This document shows positions 44,152 through 51,775 of a stretch of DNA of 51,775 nucleotides, piece by piece. The notes below the pieces were generated by a model, which ran no database searches, was not told the origin of the DNA, and saw only the letters and a program-made list of their open reading frames with translations. The stretch is from a virus. Taxonomy: Duplodnaviria; Caudoviricetes. The stretch covers positions 1 through 51,775 of IMG/VR virus record IMGVR_UViG_3300029286_000055. One strand, given 5' to 3'. The position numbers were made by a program, and so were the translations under genes. Positions within the stretch are counted from its first letter, which is position 1. Every line of letters starts with the position of its first letter.

Positions 44152-45036
44152 TTACTCTCCGTAGTCTTCCAAAAGTCTGTCAATAACGAAAAGACGTTCT
44201 GCCACTTCCCAGGCTTCCCCTCTTTCATCTGCGGGCTGATAATCCGAAGCTGGGGCCTGATGAGTCAAAAGAAGTTCGATAGTATTGGTTTGATCCCCCG
44301 TGTACTTTCCAAGTACGTATTGATAAAGAATGGTATCAGGAACCCTAGCAACATGTTCCTTTAGCCTTTCAAGCATTTCATCTCGGATAGCAAGGGAAAA
44401 TTTTCCTTCTTCCACAATTCCCCTCAAAAGAATCTGCATAACTTGAAGGTGGGCTTCATAATCATCGAGACCACTTGGGTAAGCATCCGGCCAATAACGA
44501 TGCCCTGTATCTTGGCCCCCAAGATAGTAAACAATGTTTGCCAGTAACCCCACGACGTTCGGGGTGTAAACCGTTCGAAGCTCGTCATAAGGGGAACCTG
44601 TAACCCAATTATGTTCAAGGGCGTAATCAAAATGACTCTTGCAAGTGTCTAAGTCTTTTTTGAAAACGCAGTAGGGGAACATCCCAGCAACCGCCATGTC
44701 TCTTGACCATTCCGTTTTTGACCCTTGGGCCCCCGTTTCCAGGGTCCAACACCAAGGGGGTGGGTGTCGTCCAAATTTTCCCTTCTCAGGATACTCAGCC
44801 GCGTGAATGTCGAACTTTTCGAATCCTCGAACCGCCCCTACTTTCGCGCTTGGTATCATCCCATCGCAATCATTTGGGGCTATCCATCCATAGGGGTTGT
44901 CTGAAAGCTCCAAAGCCTTCCCTAGCAATGAAGCCTTCTCAGCCCTAAGAGCTGCCATTTTATCGGTAGGCTCTGGGGCCTTTTCCTCATTTTTTCCACA
45001 AGATATCAACAGGGCTAAAAGCAAAAGATACTTCAT
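44152..45036 (-). CDS. Lipoprotein of unknown function (mainly helical)
   Basis: MKYLLLLALLIS|CGK lipobox; GGGGG RBS before the ATG at 45036. Confidence 0.75.
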   Translation of the reverse strand: MKYLLLLALLISCGKNEEKAPEPTDKMAALRAEKASLLGKALELSDNPYGWIAPNDCDGMIPSAKVGAVRGFEKFDIHAAEYPEKGKFGRHPPPWCWTLETGAQGSKTEWSRDMAVAGMFPYCVFKKDLDTCKSHFDYALEHNWVTGSPYDELRTVYTPNVVGLLANIVYYLGGQDTGHRYWPDAYPSGLDDYEAHLQVMQILLRGIVEEGKFSLAIRDEMLERLKEHVARVPDTILYQYVLGKYTGDQTNTIELLLTHQAPASDYQPADERGEAWEVAERLFVIDRLLEDYGE

Positions 45037-45105
45037 AAATACCCCCACATAAAAGCATGGGGGTAAGTGAAACCCCCCACGACAAAAAGGAAAATTATTG
45101 AACAA

Positions 45106-45690
45106 CTAATATTGTATCAAAGAAGTGAATTTTTTACTTGCTTTTATGAAATCATCCCCAATTATCGTGGGCTCTCCAAGGCGTTCTCGAAGCTGCCAGG
45201 GGCAGTTTTTCATAGTATTTATATAGGCGTAAGAAACAAGTTCGAAGCAATAGAACTCATTATTCGAAGACGAAAACGAAAAATCATACTTTTTACCTAG
45301 CTGACCTACGGCCCAATCAGCCGCGTTTCTTCTATCTTGTTCAAAACAAAAAATTGGTCTAAGCAAAATAAGCTCGTCTTTTGTCATAACAAAATCATAA
45401 ATATCCGTTCTTCTTACCCCATCTAAAGCGGCCTCGATGACCCCCAAATCTTTGCTTATAAATAAGGCCCCGTGGGTCCATTTTCCTGGGATGAAAAGAT
45501 TAGATAGCTCGCCTCTTGTTCTGGTTAAAAAGATATCCCCAGGTTGTGCCCAGGTTAAAAGACTTCTAGCATGATTAGCATGTAAAAGTTTTCTTGAGTA
45601 TGGGGAATGAATTTTTGATATCAAAAGAGAAAGGGGCCTTGATACTTTTAAAAGAAGCCCTCTAAGTTTCTGTTGTAGCTGTAAGCTCAT
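45106..45690 (-). CDS. Permuted papain-like amidase (YiiX/YebB-like NlpC/P60)
   Basis: QPGDIFL, WTHGAL (His), VIEA, GKKYD, FYCFELV (Cys after His). Confidence 0.85.
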   Translation of the reverse strand: MSLQLQQKLRGLLLKVSRPLSLLISKIHSPYSRKLLHANHARSLLTWAQPGDIFLTRTRGELSNLFIPGKWTHGALFISKDLGVIEAALDGVRRTDIYDFVMTKDELILLRPIFCFEQDRRNAADWAVGQLGKKYDFSFSSSNNEFYCFELVSYAYINTMKNCPWQLRERLGEPTIIGDDFIKASKKFTSLIQY

Positions 45691-45814
45691 CTATTAATTT
45701 TTTAACCCCTACTTCCGTTGTGACTTCTAGTTTTGTTTTGAACCCGCTTGGGTATCTTAACCACCAATGATCTTTTTTATCTTGCCAGTATCTAAAACCT
45801 TTATACTCAGTCAT
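45662..45814 (-). CDS. Small hypothetical protein, 50 aa (MTEYKGFRYWQDKKDHWWLRYP...), not in ORF track
   Basis: GAGG RBS; fills the gap between neighbouring genes. Confidence 0.55.
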   Translation of the reverse strand: MTEYKGFRYWQDKKDHWWLRYPSGFKTKLEVTTEVGVKKLIDELTATTET

Positions 45815-45823
45815 GAGAACCCT

Positions 45824-46633
45824 CTAAGCTTTATAATGTTCGAAAAGAATCATCAAGGCTATTTTAGCCCCAACAGTATGGACAATTGCAAGCCTTACTT
45901 TATTTGTATTGTAAACGGGATCGTAGTTCATTCGTTTAGAGCACCGCCCGTCAATCTTAACGCAACACCTTTCGGCTGCGAAAGAAAGATCAATCCCCCC
46001 TTGAATGAATGGAACCGAACCACCATACGCCTCTGGGATATCGGGAGCAATGATACACCAAGCATAAGCCTTTTCACCAACACCTAAAACGCTTTTGACG
46101 TTGAACATCGCAGAGATTAACTCTGCGTCATAATGAGGCTGCCAATCAATAATTGTTTTTGAACAATTTGCTGTAAGTCTTACCTGAAAATCTTCGGGAG
46201 TTTCTTGCTCACCTTTTATAAGCTCTTCATTACTTTCGTTATAGAATCTTTGTACTGCGTCCCCAATATCTGTAAGAGTTGATATCTCGGCCCCGCTACA
46301 TTTTTTATTGAAAAGACTTTTATATGTGCTTGTCGAAAAACTAACTGCTCTTGGTTCGAAGTGCCAGCCAAGCGTATTATACTTTGGTCTGTAAAGTATT
46401 GACCCCTCGTAGTCTGTCGGTGATATTTTTTTGTTGCAGTCATCTTTGAAATTCTCCTCAAAGTCTTCCTGCTCGCTTGACCTTGGATCTTCTTTTTTCA
46501 TTCTCGAAATCACATGAAAAGAACTATCAAATGCAGCAAGCTCGTATCCTTCATCTGTTTCAAAAAAATGAAGAGGCACTTGCCTTGTCGAAATAAAACT
46601 TTTAATCTCTGCCCATGAAATGTTGTAAATCAT
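45824..46633 (-). CDS. Hypothetical protein (late region)
   Basis: 269-aa ORF in the operon. Confidence 0.65.
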   Translation of the reverse strand: MIYNISWAEIKSFISTRQVPLHFFETDEGYELAAFDSSFHVISRMKKEDPRSSEQEDFEENFKDDCNKKISPTDYEGSILYRPKYNTLGWHFEPRAVSFSTSTYKSLFNKKCSGAEISTLTDIGDAVQRFYNESNEELIKGEQETPEDFQVRLTANCSKTIIDWQPHYDAELISAMFNVKSVLGVGEKAYAWCIIAPDIPEAYGGSVPFIQGGIDLSFAAERCCVKIDGRCSKRMNYDPVYNTNKVRLAIVHTVGAKIALMILFEHYKA

Positions 46634-46635
46634 TT

Positions 46636-48273
46636 TTACCTCAAAACAAAATCAAGTGTTGCGTACCAATCTGATGAAGTTGAACCCTTTGGAGTAACAG
46701 CAATCTTAACAACATCACCCGCGAAACCAATTCTGATTGGGTTTGCTCCAAAATTTTCACACTCTCTTGAAGTGGATGAAACACCCCAATCCGCTGTTTT
46801 AAACATCCTAAAAATATTGTCGTCCAAAACCCCAGGGCTTGCAGGCGGGGTTGTTATCGTGTTCTTTCCCACTTTAACAGTCCCACCAATGTTCGATGTG
46901 CTTACTGAGTACCCAACTAGGAAAAGAGTTTTGTTTGCTGGTACTGTGTAGCTGCAAATTATTTGATCCGCGCCCGTTGTTGTGGCCGTTATTTTTCCAG
47001 TTAAATAGTGAACATCCTCTTGAACGATTTGATAAACAGGGGAAGCGGTGAAAGTGTTTTGAACTTCGACCTGATTTATATTAACCGTAGATATGTAGTC
47101 GCAAGTAATGTTTGTGCTGCTAGCCGCTGTCCCTGTGTTTTCGTTTCCTAAGAATAAAGTAAGTGCTGTGTAAGGCCCTGGCAAATGCCTTTTATGAATT
47201 GCTACCTGTACGCCGTTAACGTAGAAAGCCACTTGGTCAAGCTGTACGTCAATCCAATAATCTATGTATGAAGCTGTTGTCAGAGCGTTTGGAAGCGTGA
47301 TCGTAGTTTCTTCAAGATCGGTAGAATCAGCACTTGACCTAGTTCTACACTTAGCCTGTGTCGCTGTCGTTCCATCAAATTGAAAATGGGCGCATTGCGC
47401 GTGAAGATCGGGATCGGCAGAGTCAGCGTATCCATAGGTGATACTTTGGTTTGCAATTCTCTGTGAGATTTTTAGTCTTGAAAGAGCCCTCATTGGACCA
47501 TAGTCTATAAGTCGTTCAATTCTTACTTCGCTTCCGTTTGTCGTACCTGTCGCCAAAACTATTTCAGAACTCGCGACAGCTATAGAGGCCCCCGTCCCCG
47601 CCGTTGGCTTGAAGCTCGAAACACTTGCTGTACCAGAGCCATTGGCACCTTGATACGGTTCTGCGAGAATTACTCTTGTGGCTGAAATAACAGAGTACAC
47701 TTTCGCGTAAACTGAATCTGCGTGTGATGAAAGCTTTATGTATCCATCGGCGTTAACGCCATCGGCCATAAAGTCTGTCCCGCTTCCTTCAACTATGTAA
47801 GAACCATTTATAAAAGTGGCTGTACCAGTTGGCGCAAACGATAAAGAAGACCCACTAAAATCGTTTCTAAAAGAGCCCTCGTCTGTTAGAACAGCCGAAC
47901 GACTCATCAGGTTGCCATCTGAGTCGATCCTATTGTGGTCAAACTCTCCTGCTTCACTTTCTGTCATGATAACATCAGGACAAGGGTAAAAATTGTTAGC
48001 GTTCTGTGATAAAACAATCCCGTCAAACATTGCTGATTCACTTGCAATGGCCTCGTTCATAAGCCAGTCAAGTTGTTCATTGATAGTTCCAAAGTATATA
48101 TCGCCATTTCCTATAAGCGCATCGCCCGAACCAATGGCAGTTAATAGCGGGTCGCATCCTGCGTACATCTCGCGCTCGGCTGTTGTCTGAAGCTGATACT
48201 CTTCATTGTCTGTAAACTCTTTTATCCAAGTCTGAGAAGTACCAGAAACGTTTTTGACATATATTATTCTCAT
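46636..48273 (-). CDS. Putative virion fibre/spike protein with lectin-like beta-sandwich
   Basis: TGTATFINGS..VEGSGTDF fibre-type motif; YWIDV..VAFYVNGVQVA; C-terminal YTVPANKTLFL. Confidence 0.6.
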   Translation of the reverse strand: MRIIYVKNVSGTSQTWIKEFTDNEEYQLQTTAEREMYAGCDPLLTAIGSGDALIGNGDIYFGTINEQLDWLMNEAIASESAMFDGIVLSQNANNFYPCPDVIMTESEAGEFDHNRIDSDGNLMSRSAVLTDEGSFRNDFSGSSLSFAPTGTATFINGSYIVEGSGTDFMADGVNADGYIKLSSHADSVYAKVYSVISATRVILAEPYQGANGSGTASVSSFKPTAGTGASIAVASSEIVLATGTTNGSEVRIERLIDYGPMRALSRLKISQRIANQSITYGYADSADPDLHAQCAHFQFDGTTATQAKCRTRSSADSTDLEETTITLPNALTTASYIDYWIDVQLDQVAFYVNGVQVAIHKRHLPGPYTALTLFLGNENTGTAASSTNITCDYISTVNINQVEVQNTFTASPVYQIVQEDVHYLTGKITATTTGADQIICSYTVPANKTLFLVGYSVSTSNIGGTVKVGKNTITTPPASPGVLDDNIFRMFKTADWGVSSTSRECENFGANPIRIGFAGDVVKIAVTPKGSTSSDWYATLDFVLR

Positions 48274-48809
48274 TCAGGAACCCTCGATATCCAAAGTATT
48301 AGGTCCATATCACTAGCGTTCGTTCCGTCGTCTTGATATTGGGCATAAATCACTGAGCCTGGGTCAAACGTATAGGTAAGCCCCGAAACATATCCGTAAC
48401 CTGGGTTTGTTGAAGTGACTGTGAGCGTATAAAAAATAGTGCCTGTTTTGCTCACGCTTCTAAACTCAATATGAAACTGAGTGTTAACAGTGGCATTCGC
48501 CCAAGTGATTTCATTTATTTTTGTCTTAACTGGAAACACGGCAAGAGGGGTGTTTGGTAAAAGCTCGTTTGGCCCAAGCCACGAACCCCCCGAAACTGTC
48601 CCGTTATATGAGCCCCTGATCCCAGCGCGGGGGAAGCCCTCGGCGTTTTGTTTTGCCTCTATTATGGCAGAACAAACATCTGTAGCTGTGAAATTTGTAT
48701 CACTGAAGGGAATTGCCCCACATGCGGGCGAGAAATATGCTGGCCCAAAAGTAGAGCCAGCCGATAAGGAAGACCAACAAAGCAGAAGGCTAAAAAGTAA
48801 TTTTCTCAT
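48270..48809 (-). CDS. Signal-peptide-bearing fibre/decoration-like protein
   Basis: MRKLLFSLLLCWSSLSA|G; IPF..FTATDVCSAIIE neck-like motif; beta-rich C-terminus. Confidence 0.65.
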   Translation of the reverse strand: MRKLLFSLLLCWSSLSAGSTFGPAYFSPACGAIPFSDTNFTATDVCSAIIEAKQNAEGFPRAGIRGSYNGTVSGGSWLGPNELLPNTPLAVFPVKTKINEITWANATVNTQFHIEFRSVSKTGTIFYTLTVTSTNPGYGYVSGLTYTFDPGSVIYAQYQDDGTNASDMDLILWISRVPE

Positions 48810-49186
48810 TATCCTGCCTCTAACACAATAACATCATTCCCAGCCCCCGCAGCAATAGCATAGAGGGCCATATCCCCAATCGGTACAGTAGCCATTTGAC
48901 TTTTTAGTATTGGTATCCCCATCGTTGCACCCGAAGTAGTTACAGAAGCCCCGCCAATATAGACGGTTGCGTTACTATTATTGTAAATTATTACAAATTT
49001 TCGGTATGGATCGCGGGAAGCCCCGCCCTTTAGTTCTACCGCCGATGTACCGACGGTAACAACTGAATGCTGCAGCACTTTCTCGCTTACAGGGATTCTA
49101 TCGGCGTTTATTAAGCCGCCGAGAGCAAGCGAGGACAAGCACAAAAAATAGACACTTACAAGTAATCTAAGCATTTTCTTTTTCAT
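48809..49186 (-). CDS. Signal-peptide-bearing small beta-sandwich protein
   Basis: MKKKMLRLLVSVYFLCLSSLALG|G; RKFVIIYN..VYIG..GATMGIPI..LYAIA. Confidence 0.7.
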   Translation of the reverse strand: MKKKMLRLLVSVYFLCLSSLALGGLINADRIPVSEKVLQHSVVTVGTSAVELKGGASRDPYRKFVIIYNNSNATVYIGGASVTTSGATMGIPILKSQMATVPIGDMALYAIAAGAGNDVIVLEAG

Positions 49187-49508
49187 CCAAAAGTTTTAGG
49201 GCGTACTCTCTTCTTTCCTTTTCCCATTTTCCAATCTCTTCTAGTTTTGTAGCCATTCTTTTTTCGAACTCTGGAAGCCAAAACATAACCTGGCTAGCTG
49301 CCATGATCTCAGTGGCCCCATCAAGTTTGATTTCAACTCTGGTAAGAATTTTCTGAACCTCTTGCACCATTGCAAAGTCTTTTCTTGAAAATGCTAGTTC
49401 AAGTTTTGGGGTGATCTTTTTCACCTGGGGCTCGGATATTTCGAGAATTTTGGCGGAAGTATCTACTTTTACAGGTATATTTTCCGTACGCTTTTTTGCT
49501 TTTTTCAT
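49167..49508 (-). CDS. Hypothetical protein
   Basis: GGAG RBS, 113 aa, charged. Confidence 0.6.
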   Translation of the reverse strand: MKKAKKRTENIPVKVDTSAKILEISEPQVKKITPKLELAFSRKDFAMVQEVQKILTRVEIKLDGATEIMAASQVMFWLPEFEKRMATKLEEIGKWEKERREYALKLLDEKENA

Positions 49509-49521
49509 GGCGTAATCTCCT

Positions 49522-49553
49522 AAAAAGAATGGGGGCAGTTATACCCCCATTCT
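49522..49553 (-). terminator. Intrinsic terminator after 49575..50438
   Basis: AGAATGGGGG..CCCCCATTCT followed by a U tract on the minus strand. Confidence 0.8.
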
Positions 49554-49574
49554 AACCTTTCTAGGAGATCATGG

Positions 49575-50438
49575 CTATCCTATTTGGAAGAGCATTGCGC
49601 TCGGCGTTCCACTTTCCGCTATCGCATATACTGGCACATATTGGCCCCAAGGAATTGGGCCAAGTTCGCCTTGGGCTGGGATCTTGATACCTTGGGTTGC
49701 TCCCGTGTTTGTAACAGAAGAGTTACCAATGTAAATCGCTTTGGTTCCTAAGTTTTGGATTATGATTTCTTTACGGCCCGCTTGCACTGTTGCGTCGAGC
49801 TGGGTTGCCGTTGTTGCATTTGTTGCAACAACGTCTTGTCGGCAAGCTACGTTTGGAGAATCGTTAACGAGTACCCTTCGGTACAGATCGCTAACCATAT
49901 CAGCTCTATCGTTAGCGGCTGAAATTGCTGATAAGGCAGCCCCAAGAGCCCTCGAACCTACCTTTATCGGATTACCCGAATCCGCTGCGTCATCTGCGAC
50001 GTTTCCAGCCACTTCCAAGGCAATCTCTGTGGAAGCTATGTTGATATCAAGAGCCCCTGCGGTCGCTGTTACGCGGTCCCAATTTGTCCCGTCAAAGCCC
50101 ATAAGGAATGAGTTAACATCGAGAGCTTGGATTGTTGCGGGGGCAACGTTATCAGAGCCTGGGGCCCCGCCTGATATTCTAAGGGTTTGGTGCGTTACGC
50201 CGATTGAAGCGTTACGAACGTGAAAGATTGCGCCAACAGTATCTGGGGTTAGATTGTCTGGGTCGTCATAAATACCGTCCATATCCACTGCAATGTCGTT
50301 TGCCACGTTCACGTCAAGGGAAAGTTTTCCCCCAACATCGGTACTTGTGAGGGCATGGGCAGAGGTACGAAGATACGCTGCTACTGAGTCGCCATCATCG
50401 GGGGTCGCGGAATAGTATACAAGTTTTGGTTTACTCAT
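49575..50438 (-). CDS. Putative abundant virion decoration/spike protein
   Basis: AGGAG RBS, own terminator; C-terminal RKEIIIQN..IYIG..GATQGIKI..VYAIA paralogous to 48809..49186. Confidence 0.65.
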   Translation of the reverse strand: MSKPKLVYYSATPDDGDSVAAYLRTSAHALTSTDVGGKLSLDVNVANDIAVDMDGIYDDPDNLTPDTVGAIFHVRNASIGVTHQTLRISGGAPGSDNVAPATIQALDVNSFLMGFDGTNWDRVTATAGALDINIASTEIALEVAGNVADDAADSGNPIKVGSRALGAALSAISAANDRADMVSDLYRRVLVNDSPNVACRQDVVATNATTATQLDATVQAGRKEIIIQNLGTKAIYIGNSSVTNTGATQGIKIPAQGELGPIPWGQYVPVYAIAESGTPSAMLFQIG

Positions 50439-50533
50439 TGGTTTTAACTCCTAATTTATGTGAATGAGGGACTATCCCCCAGAGGTCAGCCAAAGAGTTT
50501 TTCGGATTGTCTTAGAAAGACTTTAGAACTTTT

Positions 50534-50896
50534 TTAGGTCCAATAAGTTAGTTGAAGAATATCAGAGGCTTTGGAAGAGGAAAAATAGATTTTATGAGTC
50601 ACGCTTGGGTCAAGCGCGTTCTCGTCATGAAGTGAGCCAGGGGGTAAGAGCCTGTATTTTGTAGCGATCGATAAATCAATCCCAAGTTTCACAATTCCAT
50701 CATTCTTAGAGTATATAGAGAAGCGTTTAACCCCAGCGGGGAGGTCGAAATATTGCTCGGTATTAGCTATTGGTACGGGGATATCTTCAATAGAATGATT
50801 TTGCACAAGCATGTCACCAAAGGTCGCGTTAACGTCCAAGGGTGCCCCTGGGATTGATTGCACAAAACTTGGCGGTAAGTCTGTTACTCTACCCAT
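50534..50896 (-). CDS. Hypothetical small beta-rich protein
   Basis: 120 aa; weak resemblance to the decoration family. Confidence 0.55.
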   Translation of the reverse strand: MGRVTDLPPSFVQSIPGAPLDVNATFGDMLVQNHSIEDIPVPIANTEQYFDLPAGVKRFSIYSKNDGIVKLGIDLSIATKYRLLPPGSLHDENALDPSVTHKIYFSSSKASDILQLTYWT

Positions 50897-51272
50897 TCTT
50901 TTTTCCTAACGCTACAATAGAAATGGTCCCAGCCGTGTTGGTCCCGTGAGAGAATTTTACCCTTGAGTACCGATATCCAATTACTCCGAGGTTGAACATT
51001 TTCGTTTTCTTTTTTCCCCTCGTCCCATCATCGCTCATGACGTACTCGTTATTTATTTCACAAATTTGGATTTCATCAAACCAATCATCTATTGGCACGT
51101 CGGATGCTTCAACAATTATTTTTCCATCGAGTGCGTTGTTCGCGTCCCATTTTGCATGAATAGAACCGATTGGCATTTCCTTCCAGTCGATAATATCTGA
51201 AATGAAATCAGTCGCCATAGATACCTCTTTGGCGACGTAAGAACGATTGCAGTTTCGAGCGTCAATGATCAT
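50889..51272 (-). CDS. Hypothetical small beta-rich protein
   Basis: 127 aa; GKIIVEASD and YRYSRVKF..GTISI strands. Confidence 0.55.
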   Translation of the reverse strand: MIIDARNCNRSYVAKEVSMATDFISDIIDWKEMPIGSIHAKWDANNALDGKIIVEASDVPIDDWFDEIQICEINNEYVMSDDGTRGKKKTKMFNLGVIGYRYSRVKFSHGTNTAGTISIVALGKKNG

Positions 51273-51275
51273 TAA

Positions 51276-51775
51276 TTACCTTATATGGCAGTAGTTAATT
51301 CCGTACCATCCCGCACCTCCAGAGGCTCCAAAATTTCCCTCAGAAACATTTGCATACACAGTAATGTTTCCATTGGTAGCTACTGTATAGGTCATATCAT
51401 TGGTATATCCACCTGAGTTCCCTCTTGTCTGACCCCTAAACTCTGTGGAAGGTCTGAACCTATCTGGAATAGCCGAGGATATCGCAAACACTGTTGCAAC
51501 TGTAGAGGTACATATTGATTGTTTAATGTACATGCAACTGTGATACCCGATTCTTGTTAAGAAAACATCGACAGAAGACAAAGTACATGGGCCTGTAAAA
51601 TTAACAGTGTGTGTATATGTTTCATTTCTTTCGTTCCATGACCAATGTGTGTTAGTTGTTGGTGCGTCCTGTAGGGCCACAAATTTTATAAAACCAAGAT
51701 TTATTATATCTATAGTTGTATCATCTGAACTTCTGATAGTTACTTCGTAAGAGGATCTATTTCTTACTTCCCAAG
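51276..51775 (-). CDS. Partial (5'-truncated) tail fibre-like protein
   Basis: Frame open to the window end (WEVRNRSSYEVTIRSS..), similar to a module of 36..2939; head motif IPDRFRP. Confidence 0.7.
   Translation of the reverse strand, partial: WEVRNRSSYEVTIRSSDDTTIDIINLGFIKFVALQDAPTTNTHWSWNERNETYTHTVNFTGPCTLSSVDVFLTRIGYHSCMYIKQSICTSTVATVFAISSAIPDRFRPSTEFRGQTRGNSGGYTNDMTYTVATNGNITVYANVSEGNFGASGGAGWYGINYCHIR

Noticed and set aside
45037-45105. N-terminal extension of the lipoprotein ORF
   Set aside because: It covers a hairpin and the RBS; the lipoprotein signal starts at 45036
36-51775. Diversity-generating retroelement or invertase-driven fibre switching
   Set aside because: Two fibres share a protein module, but no reverse transcriptase, recombinase or near-identical TR/VR nucleotide pair was seen
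1-51775. Alternative genetic code, tRNAs, introns or inteins
   Set aside because: Core genes are intact and of normal length under code 11; no cloverleaf or splice motifs were noticed by eye

Overview
This window is an almost complete genome (about 52 kb) of a tailed dsDNA phage (Caudoviricetes). It looks like a siphovirus: long tape measure protein, tail tube protein, and no recognisable sheath. Its host is probably Gram-negative (lipoprotein, candidate spanins, sigma70-type promoters). The minus-strand late region starts at about 25.9 kb. It runs terS, terL, portal-MuF fusion, protease, capsid, head-tail joining genes, tail tube, frameshifted tail chaperones, tape measure, tail tip and a LamG fibre down to position 1. 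It appears to continue from the right end (51.8 to 42.3 kb) through further fibre/decoration genes, a permuted papain-like amidase, a lipoprotein and a lysis cassette, so the contig looks circularly permuted with a gap. The middle holds a primase-SF3 helicase followed by an iteron-rich candidate origin. It also holds a plus-strand early/replication block: C5 methyltransferase, SNF2 helicase, SSB-like protein, DnaQ-like exonuclease, family A polymerase and VRR-NUC nuclease. No integrase, tRNA, CRISPR array or reverse transcriptase was recognised. Main points of interest: (1) a paralogous set of virion-type beta-sandwich/fibre proteins in the structural operon, several with Sec-type signal peptides and paired cysteines, suggesting decorations that mature in the periplasm; (2) a methyltransferase split over two fully overlapping reading frames; (3) a 17-bp palindromic operator at five promoter-like sites; (4) a clear -1 frameshift giving a Cys-rich chaperone extension. 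All calls come from reading motifs by eye; no database searches were run.
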